A DNA stretch of 64,000 nt from Chitinispirillaceae bacterium (lineage in GTDB: Bacteria; Fibrobacterota; Chitinivibrionia; Chitinivibrionales; Chitinispirillaceae): assembly GCA_016930275.1 (NCBI GenBank), contig JAFGHA010000127.1, positions 500 through 64,499 on the forward strand. The letters are read 5' to 3'. Shown one piece after another: positions 29,353 through 38,957 of this stretch (position 1 is the stretch's first letter; every line of letters starts with the position of its first letter). Position numbers and translations under genes: made by a program. Below the pieces are notes generated by a model. The model searched no databases, was not told where the DNA came from, and worked only from the letters and a program-made list of their open reading frames with translations.

Positions 29353-31152
29353 TTACCTGATAATCAGCACGGTTCTGAATCCGATAGTGGGATCACCGGA
29401 TTCCGGCGCCATGGAAACTCTGGTACCTGCCTGTGCAAAGAACAGCGTGGTGTTCCATGAACCGCCACGTATCACTTTTGTCGTTCCGGTTTCAGGCCCT
29501 TGCGGATCAACCCGCTCCGAGACTGTGTAAAATCCGGCATCATACCAGTCCTGACACCATTCCCATACATTTCCCGACATATCGTACAATTGCGACCCGT
29601 TCGGCAGTTTGTCAGCAACCTGATGTACCGTGGCTGCGCTGTTTTCTTTTGTCCAGGCGTACAAGGATGCTGTCGCCCGATCGTTTCCCCAGAAATATAA
29701 GGTGAGCGAATCGGACTTGCACGCATATTCCCATTCAGCCTCCGTAGGCAGTCGATAGCCGTCGGCGGTAGCGGAGATCGTACACTCTTCAAGGGAGCAT
29801 TGCCGACCGATGTCCCCTGTCCTGGAAGTATAGAGATACACCGTGTCTTTCCCGTCTGATTTACTCCTGGCATTACAGTAAAGTGCGGCATCGTACCATG
29901 ATACATTCGCCACCGGCATATCGCCGTCGTTACCGTTCGAGATATCGGTACCGGTCACCGCAGAGAAAGCGTCATACGTCACCTCGGTCGAATCCATCCA
30001 GAAATGAGCGTTGAAACAAACCTGATGAATGGGTTCCTCGGCCGGACTGAACCCGCTCTGACCCATTTCATAACAGATACCCCGTGCCCGGATCAGTACC
30101 ATACCGTCGGGTGCTTTGGGCGGCGGTGCCGTTGTGAAAGCTCCCGTTGCGGAAGTACTGTCACCAAAAAGATCCTTCACCGTGAGGGTCCAGACATACT
30201 CCGTGGATGCCGTTACTCCCGACAGAATCACCGAAGTATCTTTTCCACTATAGAAAATAACGGTATCTTTCAGTGTCGGTCCGCAGAAAAACGTGTAAGT
30301 CAGGACATCCCCCTCATCCGGATCGTCAGCCGAAAATGAACAGACGACATCTCCGATCCCCTCGGCGATATCAAATCTCTGAAATAGTGCAGCGGTATCC
30401 TCTGCCGGAGAGGTCACTCCCACGCTTATCGGTCGGCGGTTGAATATCACGATAAACGTATCATATACCATGAGACCGTCGTCATCACGCGCTGCCCACC
30501 GCACCGGAACGGTACCACCCTCAGGATTGTCGAATGAAACCGTCACCGCCTCATCACCCGAAGCGCTGTCGTCCCACCCCTCGTTACCGGTACCCCAGAA
30601 ATAGGAGGTGATGGCTCCGTTCGAATCGGTAGCGGAAAACGATCGTTCGACAACGGCCAGCTGGCTTACCGCGGCATCCTCAGGTTTGACCGTCAGTACC
30701 GGGTAGCAGCTTCGTACCTTCACCGAAAATGTTTCCGGATCCGAGATCATTTCCCATTCGTTTTCCGCCCGTATACTGACCGTGTGAATCCCGGAATCAC
30801 TGGGTTCCCATATTTTTTCCAGTGTTCCTGCATCCGTTTCAACCGCTGTCGTACCATCGTCAAAGGACCAGTGGTACTTTGTAACTGTGGCATTGGTACA
30901 TGATGCGGAAAAACTCATTTCAAGAGTATCGTTAATGATAATGGAAGTGTCATGCGGAACGCTATCAATTATCGGGACCCCCGCCGGGCGTGTACCCTTG
31001 ACATCATACGGGTTGTTCCAGTCACGCTCGGAACCCACCCATGAACAACCGGAAACCAGGAGCAGCAGCACAGTCAGAATACCGCGGTCTACCCGGAGAC
31101 AACAGGTGTGAAAAATGCTTTTTATAATCCCGTCTTGAAACGAACCATTCAT
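29353..31152 (-). CDS. Lipoprotein with PKD/Ig-like repeats and a C-terminal FGE-sulfatase (SUMF1/DUF323) domain
   Basis: Lipobox LLLLVSGCS. HWSFDDG-type PKD motifs. FGE-domain blocks VSWYDAALYCNARS, GYRLPTEAEWEYAC, GNVWEWCQDWYD, VIRGGSW. Confidence 0.85.
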   Translation of the reverse strand: MNGSFQDGIIKSIFHTCCLRVDRGILTVLLLLVSGCSWVGSERDWNNPYDVKGTRPAGVPIIDSVPHDTSIIINDTLEMSFSASCTNATVTKYHWSFDDGTTAVETDAGTLEKIWEPSDSGIHTVSIRAENEWEMISDPETFSVKVRSCYPVLTVKPEDAAVSQLAVVERSFSATDSNGAITSYFWGTGNEGWDDSASGDEAVTVSFDNPEGGTVPVRWAARDDDGLMVYDTFIVIFNRRPISVGVTSPAEDTAALFQRFDIAEGIGDVVCSFSADDPDEGDVLTYTFFCGPTLKDTVIFYSGKDTSVILSGVTASTEYVWTLTVKDLFGDSTSATGAFTTAPPPKAPDGMVLIRARGICYEMGQSGFSPAEEPIHQVCFNAHFWMDSTEVTYDAFSAVTGTDISNGNDGDMPVANVSWYDAALYCNARSKSDGKDTVYLYTSRTGDIGRQCSLEECTISATADGYRLPTEAEWEYACKSDSLTLYFWGNDRATASLYAWTKENSAATVHQVADKLPNGSQLYDMSGNVWEWCQDWYDAGFYTVSERVDPQGPETGTTKVIRGGSWNTTLFFAQAGTRVSMAPESGDPTIGFRTVLIIR

Positions 31153-31169
31153 TGCAGCTCCCGTGCCTG

Positions 31170-32018
31170 CTAGAAAACTATTGACAGGTAAAAACCGGCA
31201 AGACAGGCGCCGACAACTCCGTAGAGCGCATTCCTGTAAAGTATCGGCCGTTCCGCCTGTTCACGTTGCGACTTGTATTCTTCTTTGGCAGCCTGACAGG
31301 CGGGATCCGATCGGGCGGCATCATAATCTTCTGATGCTTTTTGCGCCTCTTCGAGATGACGATATGCCCGCTGATCAAAATAACCCCCGGCAATCAACGC
31401 CACGCATCCGATACCTCCGAACAGTGAACCCTGCAGTATCTGCCGCTTGCGGCGAAGCGCACGTTTGGCTGCAGCCAGGGAATCCTTTACCGCCTGTGTC
31501 TGTTCCAGTTCGAATGTGTGTACCTCTGATGAATCAGTATTCAGACTCAGCCGTCTGATCACTGGAATATAGCCCGGTCTCGTCACCATAATCGAAAGAT
31601 CTCCGGGACGCATGAACCCGTCAAGAAAAGGTGTCGTACCGACGATATTCCCGTTGATTGAGAGGACGGCACCGGGAGGTTCCGTCGTGACATGCAGCAG
31701 AGCGCAGGTCCCGGTGCAACAATTGATGGGAATCTTCTGTACCTCGGTAGCAGTCAGAATAAAAAATGTCGAAAAGACAACCACGCGCCGCTGTTTTATT
31801 TCAAACAACACCGGTCCGGGATCTATAGTGAATCCGTTGTCTTCATCAGGAGTACGCTCCAGTCCGTTGATATAAAAAACTGCGCTGTCAGGAAGCGAAG
31901 TAAGGGTAATTCGTCCTGTTCCGGTCGAATCAGCGAACGCTACCACCGAAAAAAGCAACAACACGTAAGCAACCGTTATATGATGAAATTTCATTTCCAC
32001 TGAATGCGTATCCTCCAT
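31170..32018 (-). CDS. PEGA domain protein with a C-terminal TM anchor
   Basis: Signal peptide. Two PEGA-like modules (LTSLPDSAVFYINGL; VTTEPPGAVLSINGNIVGTTPF). C-terminal TM LYGVVGACLAGFYLSIVF. Confidence 0.7.
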   Translation of the reverse strand: MEDTHSVEMKFHHITVAYVLLLFSVVAFADSTGTGRITLTSLPDSAVFYINGLERTPDEDNGFTIDPGPVLFEIKQRRVVVFSTFFILTATEVQKIPINCCTGTCALLHVTTEPPGAVLSINGNIVGTTPFLDGFMRPGDLSIMVTRPGYIPVIRRLSLNTDSSEVHTFELEQTQAVKDSLAAAKRALRRKRQILQGSLFGGIGCVALIAGGYFDQRAYRHLEEAQKASEDYDAARSDPACQAAKEEYKSQREQAERPILYRNALYGVVGACLAGFYLSIVF

Positions 32019-32099
32019 GTTCCTGTAATCCGTCCCGAACCTGAAATACTCCGGACCGGCAGAACGTCTTCTGCAAGCATTTCCTTCGTCATGCTGCGG

Positions 32100-33605
32100 T
32101 CAGGGCCGCCTCTTCTCCGACCGGTGAATGAGATATGCTCCCGGTACTATCGCATTGTTTCCAGCACGTCCATTCCGTGATGAATTCCGGTTAATTTTCA
32201 TCCCGGTACACCGTCCCTTCAGATCGATAATCCGGTATCCGGAATTTCCGGTTCCCTGTGACGGCAACCACCATCCGGCATTCCATCCGTTTCCCGGAAA
32301 AACACGGACTCCGGGCACTGCCGTTTTGCTCCGGTCGGTGCGCCTTACCGGCATGTCCGCCGATGCGACATACCATTCGACAAGACGCACTTCATCGATG
32401 AAAACATCTTTCGTCGCGTTGCCGCAATTGAATTCGAGCCGTGCGGCAGAATCACTTTCAGCTTCCATGACAAAATCGTAGGTGAATAATGCCGGTTCGT
32501 CCGAAAGCGAGATCATCCATTCCGTCGTATCAAAATAGGTACTAAACGGTTCATGATCCATCCCGATATTCACCTGGATATCCGTCGCTTCGAGTGCATA
32601 GGCGATGAAGGTAAGTCGATAACGTTTTCCATTGACAATATTAATTCCGGACTGCGTCAACTGAATCTGCCAGAGTTCAGACGCGGCGGTATCAATAGCG
32701 ATATGATACCCGCCATCTTCCGAGACCCCTCCCTGAGCGGCTCCCCCATAAACACCGAAATTCCAGTACTGCTCGTTGGCGAACAATCCGTTTCTCACCA
32801 GATCAATCAGCGGAGCGAGTTCAAATATACCGGTGGTGTCGGCGGTCACCGTATCCCCCGTACCTTTACCGGTCAGCCGCAGCAGACACCAGGGTGAATG
32901 GGTAGCTTCGGGGATCCAGAGATATTGTCTGGCATCGGCATCTACCGAATCGACGGTTGTCCAGCTGGAACCGTTGTCACCCGAGAGTTCCACGGCAAGG
33001 CTGCCTTCGACATTGATGTGCGACCAGGTTACCGTATAGGGGATACCGGAATAGAGCAGATCCCCGGCCGAAGGTTTTTCTATTCTAAGAATTGTACCGG
33101 TAAATCTGACCAGTTTGACATCACTGATGGTAATCGACCCCTCCGTCTTTCCGCAATTGAACTCCAGCCGGACATTGGTATCCGTCGGATGACTCATGAC
33201 AAACAGTTTTTCGTAATGATACACCTCTGATGAAAGATGAAGGGTGTCGCGTCCCGAGTACGGTTTATATTCACCGCCATCCTGAGAAAGGCTCACTTCG
33301 ACCGTGCGTTCAACGGTTGCGGCAATGGAGAAGGAAAGGGTATAGGCGACACCGGTGTCAAGAGCGATGCCGGACTGGGTGAACTGAATCGACCACACCT
33401 CGGTTCCGGGAGAACTGATCGCTATCACATATGAATTATCATCAACGGTTCCCGTCGCTTCCCCGTTATTGTAAATTCCCAGATTCCAGCCCGATGTGTC
33501 GGTAAAATTCCCGTTGACAATCAGATTTTCCTGCGCCTGTACCGATAAAAACGGGAGAAGCACCAGCAGCCATCTGCGCCACTCTTTACCTATAAAAATC
33601 TTCAT
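32100..33605 (-). CDS. Secreted protein with two CBM4/9/22-type carbohydrate-binding modules, a central Ig-like domain and a C-terminal sorting-like tail
   Basis: Duplicated NLIVNGNFTD..W...Y..GEATG / LVRNGLFANEQYWNFGVYGGAAQG jelly-roll CBM signatures with ARLEFNCG near each end. Signal peptide. Confidence 0.7.
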   Translation of the reverse strand: MKIFIGKEWRRWLLVLLPFLSVQAQENLIVNGNFTDTSGWNLGIYNNGEATGTVDDNSYVIAISSPGTEVWSIQFTQSGIALDTGVAYTLSFSIAATVERTVEVSLSQDGGEYKPYSGRDTLHLSSEVYHYEKLFVMSHPTDTNVRLEFNCGKTEGSITISDVKLVRFTGTILRIEKPSAGDLLYSGIPYTVTWSHINVEGSLAVELSGDNGSSWTTVDSVDADARQYLWIPEATHSPWCLLRLTGKGTGDTVTADTTGIFELAPLIDLVRNGLFANEQYWNFGVYGGAAQGGVSEDGGYHIAIDTAASELWQIQLTQSGINIVNGKRYRLTFIAYALEATDIQVNIGMDHEPFSTYFDTTEWMISLSDEPALFTYDFVMEAESDSAARLEFNCGNATKDVFIDEVRLVEWYVASADMPVRRTDRSKTAVPGVRVFPGNGWNAGWWLPSQGTGNSGYRIIDLKGRCTGMKINRNSSRNGRAGNNAIVPGAYLIHRSEKRRP

Positions 33606-34345
33606 GCCTACCCTTTCAAACAGAGCTGACCGCTGAAACCCGCGAAACGTACCGTCAGCGGTTTTACATTCCGATCCTTACGTACGATATATCGCTGCCC
33701 TATCGAATTTATCTTCCTGGTAATCGATCCGGTTACGGTTTTTCCCAATCACCATGAAAATGATATACAACCGCAATCTGAACGCGCAGGAAAAAAGCCG
33801 GTACTGCCCCCGGCAATCATGCCAGAAATTGTTTCCAAACCGGTTGTTACAACGCCACTAAATGACCGATAACAACCATGTAGTCCGACAAAAAAGAAAC
33901 GTACTGCGGTAATTTACTCCGAATCCAATTAAAATATACTTACATCGCTGCACGTCAGCAAAACTGCAACCGTCCGTACAGCAGTGCTTTCAACACCGTC
34001 AATTTCTATTCAATGTACGATCAGGTCTTCCCGAAAAACTACCATGCCGGGGAATTGCACCCCTGATTACTCAGACGGATTCCAGACTGAAAAAACAGCT
34101 CAAATTACTTCAACAAATTTTCTGTATGTTTCTCAATCTAAAAAAAAACAAATATCAAATCAGTGGTAAAAAAATTAAAATTGATCGATTTTACTTAAAA
34201 TATATATTTTTAAACGAATATTACTTTGTAGCAGTTTATTTCTTTTTCGATCAATAATAATTCGATGCATAGTATGTATGCCGCTGTCTACAAAATATTC
34301 TCCTGAAAACGTCTCATCAACAAATCCACTAATGAGGAATTATTT

Positions 34346-35137
34346 GTGAGCCGTCTCCCGGAAAATACACCTCAAAGCGAAAACAGCATCGCGCAGGAGT
34401 GTCTGATTCCTGTTAAAAATATAGATGCATTCCTCGATTCGAAACGGGATTTCATCCATCATGCAACAAATTCTGATACTTCCGACGAGGAACACATGAG
34501 CGTTGAAGAGCTCAGACATAAGCAACCGCAACTGAAGCAAAAGACCAGGATTTCTAAAACATTTCAATCAGATCACAGCGAATCGACATCCACCAGCCAG
34601 TCAGATTCCCCTATTTTTCAGACCAGGGATGTTCTGCCATCATCAGAATCTGACGATTTTCATTTAACCGTGGAAATTCCCGGAAAAAAGAAATCCAGCA
34701 GTCATACCGATCTACCGATCATGGAAGAAAAAAATTCCTATTACCTCGAGATCCCTTCTATTCATTATCAAAATGACTTCAGGGATGAATATGAGATTGA
34801 AACATATGCCGATCTCGACGAGGAATCGATCGACGTAAATCAGACCTCCTCTCCCGATTCAGGGAAAGATACGATACCGACGGTAATTCTCCCCGGCACC
34901 AAGAAACAGGAACCGACGATTTTATTTGCAGATGAACATTCTCACCCTACTATTGATGAAGTAATTGGGCAACATATCTGTAATGAACCGTTTCTTTCTG
35001 AAAATGAGTTATATTCTCTTCTGAAACACGAAACCTTCAGTAATTTCAAACTAACTCGTCAGAGCCTGAGAAAAAGACTTGTAACCAAAGGATTGGAAAC
35101 CGGTTACAAGCGTTTTCTCGCCTACATATCAGGATAG
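34346..35137 (+). CDS. Hypothetical acidic Ser/Asp/Glu-rich protein upstream of module copy 2
   Basis: GTG start 8 nt after GAGGA. Mostly low-complexity. The C-terminal ~45 aa (LYSLLKHETFSNFKLTRQSLRKRLVTKGLET) weakly resembles the C-terminus of the 35596 product. Confidence 0.45.
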   Translation: MSRLPENTPQSENSIAQECLIPVKNIDAFLDSKRDFIHHATNSDTSDEEHMSVEELRHKQPQLKQKTRISKTFQSDHSESTSTSQSDSPIFQTRDVLPSSESDDFHLTVEIPGKKKSSSHTDLPIMEEKNSYYLEIPSIHYQNDFRDEYEIETYADLDEESIDVNQTSSPDSGKDTIPTVILPGTKKQEPTILFADEHSHPTIDEVIGQHICNEPFLSENELYSLLKHETFSNFKLTRQSLRKRLVTKGLETGYKRFLAYISG

Positions 35138-35145
35138 CAACTACG

Positions 35146-35550
35146 ATGAAAAGAACTTCAGTGGACATTGCCGGCAGCAATAGCGCACTTGAACTCTATT
35201 CAACCGCTTATGAATATCAGTACGATCAGGAGAACTTGAAAGAAGCCTGTCGGCTGTATCGGGAAATTATCAGAAATTTTCCGGATTCAAACGAAAGTGC
35301 CTATGCAGTCGTGCAACTTGAGAAAATCGGAGCTCAGGAAGCAATAAAATCATTGCAGACCAGTTCATGGCAGAAAATTCTGCCTATTGCCGCCCTTCTT
35401 TTCAGTCTGCTCTCTTTTATCATCGCCGGTACGGCACTTCTGCTCGTTCTGGAAAAAAACCAGAATTCGCTACAGAATTATAACAGCACCATTCATCTCT
35501 GTTCAAATCATCTCAATACCCGACAATCTACAATAATCAATCTTTTTTAA
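35146..35550 (+). CDS. TPR-like/TM protein, module copy 2 (paralog of 16096..16863, shorter)
   Basis: LELYSTAYEYQYDQENLKEACRLYREIIRNFPDSNESAYAVVQLEKIGAQ followed by one TM. It lacks the long C-terminal part of copy 1. Confidence 0.65.
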   Translation: MKRTSVDIAGSNSALELYSTAYEYQYDQENLKEACRLYREIIRNFPDSNESAYAVVQLEKIGAQEAIKSLQTSSWQKILPIAALLFSLLSFIIAGTALLLVLEKNQNSLQNYNSTIHLCSNHLNTRQSTIINLF

Positions 35551-35595
35551 CCTTTACCATGTTGTACCTTCTAACCGAGAACTGGTAGTAGCAGT

Positions 35596-37095
35596 ATGCA
35601 TCCAATCGAAAACTTCCAGAAAATGGTCACCGCCGGCAATGTTCTCGGCCCGGAAGGAACTTGGATAACACGAAACGAGGCACTTAAACGGAAAAAAAGT
35701 ATTCTGAAACATGTCATTTCCGGTGAGATCGAAAAAAACGGTACATGGATTTCGATGGCAAATCTCTTTAGGCAGGATACTCCGCAATCCGCTACTCTTC
35801 CGACATCGCAGGCTGAAGAGGTTATTCACCTTAATCCATCAATACTTTTGAACGATCCGGTTTCCGATCTGACCCTGACACCCTTTTCGGATGATTCTCT
35901 TACCAGACAAGCACCGCCTCCTTTTTTACGGCAATCCACGCTGCGGCAACCACCGGAATCAGTTAAGACAACCGATCACCCTGCCGGAATCACCACGCCT
36001 CCAGATCGGGAAGAACCCGTACTTTTTTCTCCGCAGAAGCAGCACACCATTCCCCCTGTTCGGGAAAAACAGCATCCTGTTCCCCACGTAGAACCGGATA
36101 AACCATTTATTCCGGCATCTGATCTCACGACCGAAACCGAACAAACCACACCTCCTGCTTCCCGCCCCGAGGAGCCCGTAATTTCCACCTCAAAAAAACA
36201 GGACGAAACTCCTCCCGTTCGGGAAAAACCGAAATCCGTTGCCACACCGAAAACTGCGGAAACGACAGTTCCACCAATCGACCTCTCGGACCGAATTGAT
36301 GACCGTGCAATAACGGTCTCTCAAAAAGGAGAACAGGACCAGTCCTCCCGCCAGATGCCGAAAACCGGTTTTCCTGTTCAGAAAGATTCCGGTTCCGCAC
36401 ATGAACCGCAACCCGCCGAATACCCGAAGCGTGAAACCATCACCATCCGCACGATTCCTCTTGGTAAAGATACAACTCTGACGGTCTCAGAAACGCGCGC
36501 CGCATCAGCCCTTGTTGCGGTGTGTTCCATACAGGGTTTCATCGATCAGTCCAATGCCGACGACTTCAACGCTCAGCTTGCATCGATGCTCGAATTCGGT
36601 GTCCGGTATTTCATTCTCGATCTGGAACAAACCATCCTTGTCGGAAGTGCCGGTTGGGGTATTTTTGCGGTTACCGCCCGTTTCATCAAGTCATCTCACG
36701 GCCACTTCATGATCTGTGGAATGAAGGAGGATATCGAAGAGAGCTTCCATCTGCTCCAATTCAACGAGGTAATTGATTCACGAAAAACCATTTCCGAGTG
36801 TCTTGACGCTATTCAACAGATCATCATCAAGAGTACACCCGAACAGGAAAGCAGCGATGAATCTCCGTCAATATTCATGAAATACGGAGAATCGTATGAC
36901 GACCTGCCCCTCCCCGAAAAAATCAAAACCATTATTGCCCAAAATGGTCCGCTTTCCCTTTTCAGGATTGTCACCTTTCTTAAAACCGAACAATTCGGAT
37001 CCATCTCGATCAACCCTGTAAAACTCTATATGCTTCTTAGAGAAATGAACCTAGATACAAAGCTGAAACAGACCCGGTATTACCGCTCGTGCTGA
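35596..37095 (+). CDS. Multidomain protein: module N-domain, Pro/Thr-rich linker with PPVREK repeats, STAS (anti-sigma-antagonist-like) domain, C-terminal helical domain
   Basis: N-terminal similarity to the 16875 product. STAS-like block VAVCSIQGFIDQSNADDFNAQLASMLEFGVRYFILDLEQTILVGSAGWGIF...FMICGMKEDIEESFHLLQFNEVI. Confidence 0.8.
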   Translation: MHPIENFQKMVTAGNVLGPEGTWITRNEALKRKKSILKHVISGEIEKNGTWISMANLFRQDTPQSATLPTSQAEEVIHLNPSILLNDPVSDLTLTPFSDDSLTRQAPPPFLRQSTLRQPPESVKTTDHPAGITTPPDREEPVLFSPQKQHTIPPVREKQHPVPHVEPDKPFIPASDLTTETEQTTPPASRPEEPVISTSKKQDETPPVREKPKSVATPKTAETTVPPIDLSDRIDDRAITVSQKGEQDQSSRQMPKTGFPVQKDSGSAHEPQPAEYPKRETITIRTIPLGKDTTLTVSETRAASALVAVCSIQGFIDQSNADDFNAQLASMLEFGVRYFILDLEQTILVGSAGWGIFAVTARFIKSSHGHFMICGMKEDIEESFHLLQFNEVIDSRKTISECLDAIQQIIIKSTPEQESSDESPSIFMKYGESYDDLPLPEKIKTIIAQNGPLSLFRIVTFLKTEQFGSISINPVKLYMLLREMNLDTKLKQTRYYRSC

Positions 37096-37178
37096 ACGAT
37101 GCCCCCTTCTACTTTTCCGGAAATTTCCTCTAACTTGAACTAAACGAGTTTTCACACGGAAAGTCGCTCAGATCAGGC

Positions 37179-37207
37179 TTGACTTTTTTCCCAAATTGGG
37201 TTATATT
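37179..37207 (+). promoter_or_regulatory. Near-consensus sigma70-type promoter of the marR operon, with an inverted repeat in the spacer
   Basis: TTGACT (37179-37184), a 17-nt spacer TTTTTCCCAAATTGGGT containing the inverted repeat CCCAA-A-TTGGG, then TATATT (37202-37207). It lies 41 nt upstream of the marR ATG. Confidence 0.55.
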
Positions 37208-37247
37208 ATTAGTACGAGAAACGAACTATTCGAAAGAAGAACTTACT

Positions 37248-37727
37248 ATGGCAGATTCCGAGATACTTGATCTTATTTTCGATAACGTAAAAAAGGTCAT
37301 CTTTCCGGAAGAGTGGATCGAAATCGATCTGACGCTATCCAAGCATGAATTGTTCACACTGATGCTGGTCGAGCGCAAAGGTGAGATTACCATGTCGCAG
37401 ATCGCCGCATATGTGAACGTCTCTATGAGCACGGCCACCGGAATCGTCGACCGGCTGGTGAAAAATGGTTTTCTCGTCAGAAACCGCACGGAAACCGACC
37501 GCCGTATCGTAATAATCTCACTTACTGAAAAAGCGAAAAAACTTGTTGCTGAAATACAGGGGATTGCCACCCGATACATCACTCTTATTGGTGAGTCCCT
37601 TTCGGATGAAGAAAAGAAGTTTCTGTTCGGAATTTTCACAAAAATCATCGGCGTTCTCAACATGAAGCGGGACGAAATCGCTCCGAAAGAGGAAAAGGCG
37701 GCGATCAACCGGATAACCATCGAATAA
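37248..37727 (+). CDS. MarR family transcriptional regulator
   Basis: Winged-helix block ITMSQIAAYVNVSMSTATGIVDRLVKNGFLVRNRTETDRRIVIISLTEKAKK is canonical MarR. Confidence 0.9.
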   Translation: MADSEILDLIFDNVKKVIFPEEWIEIDLTLSKHELFTLMLVERKGEITMSQIAAYVNVSMSTATGIVDRLVKNGFLVRNRTETDRRIVIISLTEKAKKLVAEIQGIATRYITLIGESLSDEEKKFLFGIFTKIIGVLNMKRDEIAPKEEKAAINRITIE

Positions 37728-37789
37728 TTTTTTTACAATTTACTTCGCATTTCGAATTGTTTGAACATAGTATTAAAAGAGGAGGTTTT

Positions 37790-38956
37790 ATGCGTATCAT
37801 TCTTTATACCGGAAAAGGTGGGGTTGGTAAAACAAGTATCGCTGCCGCAACAGCTTTGAAAATTGCACGATCCGGCAAAAAAACCCTCATTGTCAGTACG
37901 GATGCGGCGCACAGCCTGGGCGATTCGCTCGACATCAAACTCTCTCCTGAACCGGTGGAAATTGAGACGAATCTCTGGGCACAGGAAATTGATTCCGCTC
38001 ATGAAGTCGAGCAGGGATGGGGTAAAATTCAGGAATACCTGACCACCCTTTTCACCTCAAAAACCATCAAAAATATAACCACCGAGGAACTGACCATTTT
38101 TCCCGGTATGGAAGACCTTGCCAGCTTACTGAGGATTCTGCGGTATTACAAGGAGAAAACCTTCGAGGTAATCATCATCGACTGCGCCCCCACCGGTGAA
38201 ACCCTTGCTCTGCTGAGTTTTCCGGAGATGCTCCGCTGGTGGATGGACAAGCTCTTTCCATTCAAACGGAAAATGCTCAAGGTGGTACGACCGGTCATTC
38301 AACCGGTACTCGGAATTCCGATGCCGCATGACAGTGTCATGGCGGAAATTGAACACGTCTACGAACAGCTCGATGAAATGAAAACCATTTTTTCCGATCG
38401 GGAGGTCACCAGCATCCGCATCGTGGTGAATCCCGAAAAGATGGTAATCAAGGAAGCGCAACGAAGCTTTACATATCTTAATATTTATGATTTCAATATC
38501 GATGCGGTCATAATTAACCGGGTAATCCCCGATGGTGTCAGCGATGAGTACTTCTCGGTATGGAAGGAGATCCAGAAAAAATACCGGCAGACAATTGAGG
38601 AGAGTTTCTCACCGTTGCCCTTTTTCAACGCACCCCTTTTTGAACGGGAAATCGTCGGATGTGCGATGCTTGAACGGTTGGGAAACGAACTTTTTCCCGA
38701 AACCGATCCGGCAGCAGTTATGCATAACACCCGCCTGCAGCAGGTGGAGAAGCAGGGAGATGAGTATGTTTTTTCAATCACCATGCCTTTTGTCGAAAAA
38801 CAAGACCTCTCACTCAACCAGAAAGGTGATGAAGTCATCGTGAGGACCGGGAATGTGAAACGAACCATCACGCTTCCTAGAACACTTGTCAATTCAACGA
38901 TTCTCGGTGCGAAATTCGAGAACGAACAGCTTCGTATACGCTTTGGAGGGAAATAA
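37790..38956 (+). CDS. Single-domain ArsA/Get3 (TRC40) family ATPase with a C-terminal HSP20/alpha-crystallin-like domain
   Basis: GGAGG RBS. Deviant Walker A TGKGGVGKTS, STDAAHSLGD, and switch II IIDCAPTGETLALL (ArsA/Get3 has DTAPTGHTLRLL). The C-terminal ~70 aa beta-rich segment (LSLNQKGDEVIVRTGNVKRTITLP...GAKFENEQLRIRF) resembles the ArsA_HSP20 domain. Confidence 0.88.
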   Translation: MRIILYTGKGGVGKTSIAAATALKIARSGKKTLIVSTDAAHSLGDSLDIKLSPEPVEIETNLWAQEIDSAHEVEQGWGKIQEYLTTLFTSKTIKNITTEELTIFPGMEDLASLLRILRYYKEKTFEVIIIDCAPTGETLALLSFPEMLRWWMDKLFPFKRKMLKVVRPVIQPVLGIPMPHDSVMAEIEHVYEQLDEMKTIFSDREVTSIRIVVNPEKMVIKEAQRSFTYLNIYDFNIDAVIINRVIPDGVSDEYFSVWKEIQKKYRQTIEESFSPLPFFNAPLFEREIVGCAMLERLGNELFPETDPAAVMHNTRLQQVEKQGDEYVFSITMPFVEKQDLSLNQKGDEVIVRTGNVKRTITLPRTLVNSTILGAKFENEQLRIRFGGK

Positions 38957-38957
38957 C

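Noticed and set aside
37226-37720. 164-aa minus-strand ORF
   Set aside because: It is antisense to the MarR gene, which has a canonical winged-helix motif and a strong promoter.
37790-38956. Interpretation of the ArsA-family gene as an arsenite efflux ATPase
   Set aside because: It has only one ATPase domain instead of the duplicated A1-A2 of ArsA. I could not identify the metalloid-binding Cys triad. No arsB, arsC, arsD or arsR is in the neighbourhood. I call it ArsA/Get3-like only.
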